Assembly: GCF_000025125.1 (NCBI RefSeq)
Contig: NC_013771.1
Span: forward strand, 1,020,001-1,052,000
Direction of reading: 5' to 3'
Length of the DNA stretch: 32,000 bases
DNA from: Candidatus Atelocyanobacterium thalassa isolate ALOHA
Lineage (GTDB): Bacteria > Cyanobacteriota > Cyanobacteriia > Cyanobacteriales > Microcystaceae
Under the pieces are notes generated by a model. It did not search any database. It saw only the letters and a list, made by a program, of their open reading frames with translations, and was not told the DNA's origin. The translations under genes were made by a program, and so were the position numbers. This document shows, piece after piece, positions 18,397 through 26,791 of the stretch; the first letter of the stretch is position 1; each line of letters begins with the position of its first letter.

Positions 18397-20874
18397 TTAA
18401 GAATCAGATGTTGAAGTTGAAATTGAATGAGGTTGTTTATCCTCTGCGACAATAATTTTAACCTGTCCTTGTTCATCAATATCTACTTCTGCAATATCTC
18501 CCTCCCTAACCTTACCTGAAAGAATTTCTTCGGCCAAGATGTCTTCAAGGAGACGCATAATAGCACGACGTAGTGGTCTTGCCCCATAAGAAGGATTGTA
18601 ACCTTCTTCAACTAAGCGTTCTTTGAATTTATCAGTAACCTGAAGTGTAATTTCTTTTTCTGTCAACCGAGCAAATACTTCCTTCAAAAGAATTTCAGAA
18701 ATTTCTTTAACTTCTTCTTTGTTTAGTTGACGGAAAACAATAATTTCGTCAAGTCTATTCAGAAACTCAGGACGGAAATATTCTTTTAGCTCTTCATTAA
18801 CTAAAGAACGAATCCTGTTATACTGTGCATCTGCTTGATTATTTTCAAATTCAAAACCTAGTCCGCCGCCACCTTTCTCAATTACTTTAGACCCTATATT
18901 AGAAGTCATGATTAATAAAGTATTTTTGAAGTCTACTGTACGTCCTTTTGCATCAGTTAAACGACCATCTTCCAATATTTGTAATAACATATTGAAAATG
19001 TCTGGATGCGCTTTTTCAATTTCATCGAACAGAATTACAGTGTAAGGACGGCGGCGCACTGCTTCTGTTAATTGACCTCCTTCATTGTAACCAACATATC
19101 CAGGTGGAGATCCAATTAACTTAGATACAGTATGACGCTCCATATATTCAGACATGTCTAGACGGACCATTGCATCTTCCGAGCCGAAGAAATAAGCTGC
19201 TAACGCTTTAGTAAGCTCCGTTTTCCCTACACCTGTAGGGCCAGAAAAGATAAAACTAGCAATAGGACGATTAGGGTTTTTAAGTCCTACTCTCGCACGA
19301 CGTATAGCTCTTGAAACAGCCTTCACAGCATCTTCTTGACCAATAAGTCTTTGATGCAAGGTTGTTTCCATGTTTAAAAGTTTTTCAGACTCGGTTTCTG
19401 TAAGTTTGTTTACAGGCACTCCTGTCCAGGAAGCAACAATATGAGCTATTTCTTCTGAATCTACAAAAGGTTCATCGTTTTCTCCTTCTCCTTTTTTAGT
19501 GGAAGAAATTGAACGAATCTTCGATTTGATCTCCATTTCTTGATCTCGTAGCTGTCCTGCATGATTAAAATCTTGCGAGCGAACCGCATCGTCTTTCTGT
19601 TTTAAAATTGTGCGTAATTCTTTGTCTAATTCTTTAGCCTCAGGAGGAAGCTGAGAGTTTATTAAGCGTACTCTAGAACCTGCTTCATCTATGAGATCAA
19701 TAGCTTTATCCGGAAGAAAACGATCAGAAATATAACGATCTGATAGTTTAGCAGCGGCTTCTAGAGCCTCATCTAAGATTTTAAGCTTATGATGTTGTTC
19801 ATAACGTTCTCTTAAGCCATAGAGAATTTGAACAGTTTCTTCTACAGTTGGCTCTCCAACCATCACTGGCTGAAAACGTCTTTCTAAAGCAGCATCTTTT
19901 TCAATATGTTTACGATATTCGTCAAGAGTAGTCGCTCCGATACATTGGAGTTCTCCTCTTGCCAAAGCTGGTTTTAAGATATTAGCCGCATCAATTGCCC
20001 CTTCGGCAGCACCAGCGCCAATAAGAGTATGAACTTCATCAATAACTAAGATTATATTCTCTGTTTGACGAATCTCTTCCATGATTTTTTTAAGACGTTC
20101 TTCAAACTCTCCACGATACTTGGTTCCTGCTACTAATAAACCTATATCAAGAGTTACAACTTTCTTATCTTCAAGGATGTCAGGAATATCTTGGTCAGCA
20201 ATACGTTGAGCAAGTCCCTCGGCAATTGCTGTTTTACCGACACCTGGTTCTCCTATAAGAACTGGATTGTTTTTAGTACGACGCCCAAGAATTTGAATTA
20301 CTCGCTCAATTTCTTTTTGTCTACCTACAACTGGATCAAGTTGCCCATCTGTAGCTAACTGAGTCAAATTAGAACCGAATTCATCAAGAGTAGGAGTTTT
20401 AGTTCTACCTGGTGCTACACCTCCTGCAGCAACTTCTGCAGTCTCTCCCAGTTGACGAATAACTTGGGTTCTTACTTTAGAGAGATCTACACCGAGATTT
20501 TCAAGGACTCGTGCTGCGACTCCCTCTCCTTCTCTGATTAATCCTAATAAAAGATGCTCTGTTCCAATGTAGTTGTGTCCCAATTGCCTGGCTTCCTCTA
20601 AGGAAAGTTCCAGAACTCTTTTTGCTCTTGGGGTAAAAGGAATTTCAACAGCGACGAAACCTGAACCACGTCCAATAATTTTCTCAACTTCAATACGAGC
20701 ATCTTTAAGATTAACTCCCATAGATTTAAGAACTTTGGCTGCGACTCCAGTTCCTTCGCCGATTAACCCTAGAAGAATTTGTTCTGTCCCGACAAAGTTA
20801 TGCCCAAGACGACGAGCCTCTTCCTGGGCAAGCATAATTACCTTAATAGCTTTCTCTGTAAAGCGTTCAAACAT
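18397..20874 (-). CDS. clpC: ATP-dependent Clp protease ATP-binding subunit ClpC
   Basis: 825 aa. It has a duplicated Clp_N repeat ([37 protein letters not shown]...). Its two AAA+ modules carry Walker A motifs GEPGVGKT and [12 protein letters not shown]-like linker and the ClpB_D2-small C-terminus are also present. Confidence 0.97.
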   Translation of the reverse strand: MFERFTEKAIKVIMLAQEEARRLGHNFVGTEQILLGLIGEGTGVAAKVLKSMGVNLKDARIEVEKIIGRGSGFVAVEIPFTPRAKRVLELSLEEARQLGHNYIGTEHLLLGLIREGEGVAARVLENLGVDLSKVRTQVIRQLGETAEVAAGGVAPGRTKTPTLDEFGSNLTQLATDGQLDPVVGRQKEIERVIQILGRRTKNNPVLIGEPGVGKTAIAEGLAQRIADQDIPDILEDKKVVTLDIGLLVAGTKYRGEFEERLKKIMEEIRQTENIILVIDEVHTLIGAGAAEGAIDAANILKPALARGELQCIGATTLDEYRKHIEKDAALERRFQPVMVGEPTVEETVQILYGLRERYEQHHKLKILDEALEAAAKLSDRYISDRFLPDKAIDLIDEAGSRVRLINSQLPPEAKELDKELRTILKQKDDAVRSQDFNHAGQLRDQEMEIKSKIRSISSTKKGEGENDEPFVDSEEIAHIVASWTGVPVNKLTETESEKLLNMETTLHQRLIGQEDAVKAVSRAIRRARVGLKNPNRPIASFIFSGPTGVGKTELTKALAAYFFGSEDAMVRLDMSEYMERHTVSKLIGSPPGYVGYNEGGQLTEAVRRRPYTVILFDEIEKAHPDIFNMLLQILEDGRLTDAKGRTVDFKNTLLIMTSNIGSKVIEKGGGGLGFEFENNQADAQYNRIRSLVNEELKEYFRPEFLNRLDEIIVFRQLNKEEVKEISEILLKEVFARLTEKEITLQVTDKFKERLVEEGYNPSYGARPLRRAIMRLLEDILAEEILSGKVREGDIAEVDIDEQGQVKIIVAEDKQPHSISTSTSDS

Positions 20875-21104
20875 ATTATTTGTCCATCATCTGCTGCTTT
20901 CCCTTGTAAGCTAATCTTAACACAGCTTCTTATCTCTACTACCTATATGAGAACCTAGAGTATCATTATTGTATAAAGTTTTTATTTTCTCCTCATGCTA
21001 TTAGCCCTTGTATGATTACAGTGTAGGGTTTAATCATATTTTGCCTAAATCTTATATTTTAAGTTTATTTATTTAAAATATTAAAAATATCTAAATTTAT
21101 TCTT

Positions 21105-22058
21105 TTAAAGATAATGAATCTTGACTCCATAATTATCTATAGAAAGTATTTGCGTTTCTGAATTAACTTCTTCTTTCAACCATGCTTCTTTTATCACATA
21201 TTTAATATTATCAGCATTTTTAAAATTGCTTAGAATCAATAGAGTAGGACCAGCACCACTAATTACCACGCCATATGCTCCTGCTTTAATAGCGGCTTGC
21301 CTCACATTCTCATAACCTTTAATAAAATGCTGACGATAAGGTTGATGAAGCTTATCATGTAATGCCTCGGACAACCATTTTGCATTACCCGTTTCTAGGG
21401 ACTTAATCAATAATCCAATATGAGAAATGTTAAAAACTGCATCACTCATAAGTACTGTTTTTGGTGTAACAGATCTAGCTTTTTCCGTTAATAATTCAAA
21501 GTTAGGGATAGCAACAATAGGTACAATCGAAGAATGCCAGTTTAATGGACATATTTCCCAGTCAGTATTTTTTTTAACAGCAAGTTGGCATTTTCCAAAT
21601 AAAGCAGGTACAACATTGTCAGGATGACCTTCTATTTGTATAGCTAAATTCATTAAATCAATTTTTGACAAAGGCTGACCGGCCAATTCATTAGCCCCGA
21701 TCAAACCGCCTACAATTGCTGTAGCTGAGCTTCCTAAGCCTTTGGATAATGGTATTCCTAATTTGATTTTAATTGAGATTATTGGTAATGGTTCTCCAAT
21801 ATGACGGTATAGATAGGTAAACGCCTTGTATACTAAATTATTGTGATCACATTTAACCTTATCAGCTTCTTTTCCTATTACATAAATATCTAATTGAGAT
21901 TTACTTTTTTCTTCTTTGGTAAAGTAAAATTGATTATACATAGTCAAGGCAGAGCCTATACAATCAAATCCTGGACCTATATTTGCCGTCGTTGCAGGAA
22001 CAATAACACTGATAGTAGACATAGTAAACTTATTGAATAAAAGCCTCTCTACATACAA
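21105..22058 (-). CDS. thrB: Homoserine kinase
   Basis: It has the GHMP kinase motif PLSKGLGSSATA and the N-terminal block VPATTANIGPGFDCIG. The 12-codon N-terminal extension in the ORF track is doubtful. ATG at 22022 (MSTISVIV) is the likely start. Confidence 0.93.
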   Translation of the reverse strand: MYVERLLFNKFTMSTISVIVPATTANIGPGFDCIGSALTMYNQFYFTKEEKSKSQLDIYVIGKEADKVKCDHNNLVYKAFTYLYRHIGEPLPIISIKIKLGIPLSKGLGSSATAIVGGLIGANELAGQPLSKIDLMNLAIQIEGHPDNVVPALFGKCQLAVKKNTDWEICPLNWHSSIVPIVAIPNFELLTEKARSVTPKTVLMSDAVFNISHIGLLIKSLETGNAKWLSEALHDKLHQPYRQHFIKGYENVRQAAIKAGAYGVVISGAGPTLLILSNFKNADNIKYVIKEAWLKEEVNSETQILSIDNYGVKIHYL

Positions 22059-22152
22059 TACTAAATATTTTATATAAAGATTACAAAATATAAAAAATAA
22101 CTAATACATAATTCTTATCTAGAATTAAAGTTTTTTCAAAAGATTACTTTAT

Positions 22153-23263
22153 TTATTGAGGCTTATTTGTATTATGTAAATAAGCCTCAATGAATAAACC
22201 CAAGTCGCCATCCATCACGTCATTAATATTTGTAGTTTCTACATTTGTTCTTAAATCCTTGACCATTTGATATGGATGAAATACATAACTACGAATTTGA
22301 TTTCCCCAAGCAGCTTCAACTATATCACCTCTAATTTCAGCAATTTTTTTAGCTCTTTGTTCTTGAGCAATAATTAGTAATTTTGCTTTTAATAAAATAA
22401 GAGCTTTTTCTTTATTTTGTAGCTGTGAACGTTCTTGAGTACATCGAACTGAGATACCTGTTGGTAAATGAACAATACGGACAGCCGTCTCGACTTTATT
22501 AACGTTTTGTCCGCCTTTACCGCCAGAACGTGTAGTTGTAATTTCTAAATCTTTATCAGGAATCTCTACTTTAATATCATTTCCTTCTAATTTAGGCATT
22601 ACTTCAATTCCAGTAAAACTTGTTTGGCGTTTTCCATTAGCGTTAAAAGGAGAAATCCTTACTAATCTGTGTGTTCCTTTTTCTCCTTTCAAATATCCAA
22701 AAGCATAACAACCTTCAAATTCTAATGTGGCAGATTTAATCCCAGCTTCATCTCCTTCAGAAATCTCAACTAAATTAACTTTATAACCTTGACTTTCTCC
22801 CCATCTTCTATACATTCTTAGTAACATTTCTGACCAATCTTGAGCATCTGTTCCACCAACTCCTGTATTAATATTTAGAATGGCCCCTTTTATATCGTAT
22901 GTTCCTGATAAAAGCTGTTGTAAATCCCAGTTATCTAAATTTTTCTTTAACTGTGTAATATTGTTTTGGGCTTCTTCTAGTAAAGATTTATCATTATCTA
23001 GGATTAGTAAATCCATGATAATTTTAGTATCTTCTAGCTTGTTATACCATTGATGATACTGATCTAATTGTGACTTGAAATTACTAAGTTCTTGTGAAAT
23101 TTTTTGTGCTGTTTCAGGATTATCCCAAAAATTAGGCTGTATTGTAGTATTCTCTAAATCTTTAATACTAGCCTGCAGTGCTGGCAAGTCAAAGATATTC
23201 CTGGGTTTTGCCCAGGCGTGTATCCAAAAGCTCAATATCTTTTTTTAATCCTGTAATTTCCAT
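22153..23263 (-). CDS. prfB: Peptide chain release factor 2, expressed through a programmed +1 frameshift
   Basis: Frame A runs from ATG 23263 through [24 protein letters not shown], ending at the in-frame TGA (23191-23189). Frame B continues from GAC (23190-23188) to the stop at 22153. Frame B carries the SPF (RISPFNA) and GGQ ([12 protein letters not shown]) motifs. The shift site TAT CTT TGA C is preceded by AGGA. Confidence 0.95.
23188..23202 (-). promoter_or_regulatory. prfB +1 recoding site (internal SD-like AGGA + CTT TGA C)
   Basis: The minus strand reads AGGA A TAT CTT TGA C over 23202-23188. The CUU-UGA-C shift site and the short SD-to-shift-codon spacing match the autoregulatory RF2 frameshift signal known from E. 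coli and most bacteria. Confidence 0.9.
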
Positions 23264-23598
23264 ATACTCAACTTTTTTAAAATCTAATTTGTAATACATA
23301 TTTGTTATATGACCAATACATTAACATCTAAATATGTGTTCTAGTAAATTTCAATATTTTCAACTTACCTAGTTTAAATATAGTTTTTACCATAATACCA
23401 ATGGTCTATATTGTCCTCTAACAGTAATAAAATTTTGATATAGTCAATAATACATAAACACTTTAATGCAACTACTCAATTAATTTATTGTATAAAAATT
23501 AAAAAGTAAATTAGTTTTGTTTAAGAAATATTCATATAAATATTTGCAAATCTCAAGACGTTTTTGTATTTAGATCAATAATAGAATTTATGCTTTAA

Positions 23599-23640
23599 TA
23601 AAACATAAAAACTATCTACATAGTTGGTTTTTATGTTTTA
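23599..23640 (-). terminator. Hairpin immediately downstream of the symporter gene
   Basis: There is a 14-bp perfect stem: taaaacataaaaac (23599-23612) pairs with gtttttatgtttta (23627-23640), with a 14-nt loop. It ends 2 nt from the stop codon at 23643. It is AT-rich and the minus-strand T-tail is weak. Confidence 0.4.
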
Positions 23641-23642
23641 CC

Positions 23643-25160
23643 TTAGATAGTAATTGTTTTTTGCCAATATTTTTTCAATTCTTTTGCTACTTTATTCGAT
23701 AGAAGAATACATCCTAAGATATTGGGTATAGCTAATGTTAAGAGCATCATATCACTAAAATCTAATACAGCTCCTAAATTCACTACTGAGCCAATAAAAA
23801 TACAGAATAGGAAAACTATTTTAAAAATAATAGAATTCGATTTACCAAATATATAGACCCAGCATTGTTCACCGTAATAACACCAAGTAATCATTGTTGA
23901 AAATCCAAACATACACATAATACTTGCTAATACTACAGGAGACCATTGAATAACTTGGGCAAAAGCTGTCATAACCAATATGGAACCATTGATGCCATTT
24001 CCGACTGTAGTCCAATAAACTTGAGTTGTAGCAATAACCAAAGCTGTTAAATTACAAATAACTACTGTATCGAGAAAAGGTTCAAGAATTGAAACAATAC
24101 CTTCTTGTATCGGCTCTTTTGTTTTTGCAACAGCATGAGCAATTGCAGCAGATCCTAAGCCAGCACCATTTGAAAAAACACTACGTCGAATCCCTTGAAT
24201 TATAATGCCTACCAAGCCTCCTTCTATTCCTCTTGGAGAAAAAGCCTCTGTAAAAATAGTAGTAAATGCATGAGGTATCGCAGTAAAGTTAGTTTTTAGA
24301 ATCCATAAACATCCTAGTATGTATATAACTGACATCAAGGGAACTAATCTACTAGTGATAACTCCTATACGACTAACACCGCCTATGATGACCAAACCTA
24401 CTAGAAAAGCAAGAACTAAACCAACTGCCCAATCATAAGATTGTAAAGCAGGAAAGACAACAGCTAAAGCCATAAATGATTGATTGACTTGGAACATGTT
24501 TCCTCCTCCTATCGCTGCACCTATGCCAGCAAAACAATAAGCTACAGCTAATATTTTACCTAGCTTTTCTTTACCTATTTCTTTCAATCCTTTAGATAGA
24601 TAATACATTGGGCCTCCAACAGTAGTTCCATCTAGACCTATGGTCCGATATTGAGACCCTAAAGTACATTCTACAAATTTGCTAGACATCCCAAATATTC
24701 CAGCTAGTGTCATCCAAAATACTGTACCTGTACCTCCTAGCTGAATAGCGATGGCTACACCTGAGATATTACCTAGTCCGATACTAGCTGATAAAGCTGT
24801 TGTTAAAGCTTGAAAAGAAGATATCTCTCCCTGAATTTCGTTTTCAGGATCAATTTTGTCAGGATAGTCTAGGTCTTCTACTAGTTGGGATTTTGATTTT
24901 TGGTTTTTATAGAAACTAATATTTTTTTTAGAAGATGTAGGTTTTTTATGATGACTTTTATGTTGACTATAAACTATTTTTAAAGCGTGTTTAAAGCCAA
25001 CAATATTAATAAATCCCATTCTTAGGGTAAAAAAAATACCTCCCATTAATATCCAAAATATTATTACGGGAAAATGGGCAATCTCAAAAAAGAGTATTTG
25101 TTTAATAAAAGTAACTAGGTTCGAAAAAAAATAATCAATATTATAAAGGAAATGATTCAC
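23643..25160 (-). CDS. Alanine/glycine:cation (sodium) symporter, AGCS family
   Basis: 505 aa with about 11 TM helices. It has the family signature GEISSFQALTTALSASIGLGNISGVAIAIQLGGTGTVFWM, plus GGPMYYLSKGL. Confidence 0.9.
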   Translation of the reverse strand: MNHFLYNIDYFFSNLVTFIKQILFFEIAHFPVIIFWILMGGIFFTLRMGFINIVGFKHALKIVYSQHKSHHKKPTSSKKNISFYKNQKSKSQLVEDLDYPDKIDPENEIQGEISSFQALTTALSASIGLGNISGVAIAIQLGGTGTVFWMTLAGIFGMSSKFVECTLGSQYRTIGLDGTTVGGPMYYLSKGLKEIGKEKLGKILAVAYCFAGIGAAIGGGNMFQVNQSFMALAVVFPALQSYDWAVGLVLAFLVGLVIIGGVSRIGVITSRLVPLMSVIYILGCLWILKTNFTAIPHAFTTIFTEAFSPRGIEGGLVGIIIQGIRRSVFSNGAGLGSAAIAHAVAKTKEPIQEGIVSILEPFLDTVVICNLTALVIATTQVYWTTVGNGINGSILVMTAFAQVIQWSPVVLASIMCMFGFSTMITWCYYGEQCWVYIFGKSNSIIFKIVFLFCIFIGSVVNLGAVLDFSDMMLLTLAIPNILGCILLSNKVAKELKKYWQKTITI

Positions 25161-25164
25161 AGAT

Positions 25165-25785
25165 CTAATGTAAAAAGCTACTACTTAGCCAAAAAATAAA
25201 AAATACAACAATACTAACAAAAGATTGACTAAATTCTTCTGTAATGTTGGAATCGTAAAATAGTTGAATAATGCTTCCTCCAGCAATCATTCCTAAGCTC
25301 AACATAATTAAAGTGATTAGTAAAGCACGATTAAGTTTATTTTCTTTTTTATTTAGAAAATAAATATTAACAAAAACTCCTAACGCTAGGAAAAGTGGAG
25401 TTAGAGAAGATTGAGGACGCAAAAATCCTACTAAAAGTGATAGAGCAAGAAATATTCCTGTCTTCAATAAGATATCATTAAAAGACGGAATATCAATAAA
25501 TTGTTGAACCCAATCAAATATACTATTGAAATTAGAGGCTGAAAAATAAGAGCTAACTTTTTTTTCATGCTCAGCAAATCGAATATTATCAGGTACATTT
25601 ACTTTACCTTCTTGACGTAGCTTTAGCCGTTCCATAACAATAGCATCATAAGCAGATTCAATACTTTCTATAGTTTCAAAATTATCACTATGCTTGTGGC
25701 TTAAGTGATCTTTTGCTTTTTGAATCTCTTCAAAAGGAGCTGTTTCGGAAACACCTAACTTTTCGTAGGGAGTTTTTTCACTCAT
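25165..25785 (-). CDS. CPP1-like (DUF3353) membrane protein with N-terminal J-like domain
   Basis: 206 aa. The J-like N-terminus is TPYEKLGVSETAPFEEIQKAKDHL, without an obvious HPD tripeptide. Three to four TM helices follow. The family name is from memory. It ends 4 nt before the symporter start codon. Confidence 0.6.
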   Translation of the reverse strand: MSEKTPYEKLGVSETAPFEEIQKAKDHLSHKHSDNFETIESIESAYDAIVMERLKLRQEGKVNVPDNIRFAEHEKKVSSYFSASNFNSIFDWVQQFIDIPSFNDILLKTGIFLALSLLVGFLRPQSSLTPLFLALGVFVNIYFLNKKENKLNRALLITLIMLSLGMIAGGSIIQLFYDSNITEEFSQSFVSIVVFFIFWLSSSFLH

Positions 25786-26011
25786 CTAATATCTTCTTCC
25801 ATATCTTGATTACTCATATTACCTAAATAAATAGGTTTCCTATTTTACTTTTTTAGTAAATCAAACCTGTTCAAGAATTTTTAATCGTTAAATCGATCAA
25901 TATAGAAACAGTTTTTCTTTTGAAGGTTTCGAGTTGAAAATTTTATAAGTATCTCTAAAATAATTTTTTGAGTTAGAGTAAATATCATAAAATTTAAATA
26001 ATATTTACATA

Positions 26012-26284
26012 TTAAGAGTTGTGAATACTTGATTTATCAGTATTTGACTTGGGAGAGTTATCTACCTTATCATCTTCAAGTTCAGCATTCATACTAAGAG
26101 AATCTTGAAGATGTTGAGTTTCACGTTTAAATTCATCTTCAAATTCTTTTGAAGCGTCTTGAAATCCCTTGACAGCCTTGCCTAAACTCTTCCCTATTTC
26201 AGGTAACTTTTTAGGGCCAAATACTAATAGGCTGATGATTAAAATTACCGCCATTTCTGGCAATCCGATACCAAATATATTCAT
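26012..26284 (-). CDS. tatA: Twin-arginine translocase subunit TatA/E
   Basis: 90 aa. The N-terminus MNIFGIGLPEMAVILIISLLVFGPKKLPEIGKSLGKAVKGF shows the classic TM helix, hinge and amphipathic helix. The tail is acidic. Confidence 0.9.
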   Translation of the reverse strand: MNIFGIGLPEMAVILIISLLVFGPKKLPEIGKSLGKAVKGFQDASKEFEDEFKRETQHLQDSLSMNAELEDDKVDNSPKSNTDKSSIHNS

Positions 26285-26791
26285 AAAATACTCCTTAAAA
26301 TCAAAATTTACTTTCTATTCTATACGTACATTCAACCAAAATTGATACTTAGAAAATAAAAAATTCAGGTTTTCTCAAAAAGAAATAACTTTTCTACTAA
26401 TGTACATATATCTATTGATTTACTGTCCTAACAAGTACTAAACATTATTATTTTCACAAAAAGCTTGATTTGCTTTGTTTTTAGAATATTTCACAAGATT
26501 AGTCTCCTTACTAATCTTATATTTTAAATAAAATTTTCTTTATTTACTCTATAAAAGATATTAATAATCATTATAGTTAATACATCTACAGTAATAATCA
26601 ATGTAGGTCTACATAGAAATATAACAAGATATCTGAGCTAATTACAAGAAATTTCATTGTAGTCTTTATATTGCCATGTTTATTTAATTTTTTATAATTT
26701 CGTAATTCATTCTTTTTGTTTACTTAATAGTAGATATAATGGTTTAAACAGATAAATCATGAATATTTTTAATAAACCAATATATAAAAGT

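Noticed and set aside
20573-20914. 113-aa plus-strand ORF antisense to the 5' end of clpC
   Set aside because: It is almost entirely nested antisense within a near-perfectly conserved ClpC coding region. The composition is Ser/Pro/Arg/Thr-rich, with no recognisable motif. This is typical of a spurious ORF on the complement of a GC-richer gene.
22153-23235. ORF-track model of RF2 starting at 23235 ([15 protein letters not shown]...)
   Set aside because: The first 15 residues are an out-of-frame reading of the upstream segment. The real N-terminus is in the other frame from ATG 23263 and joins at the CTT TGA C shift site.
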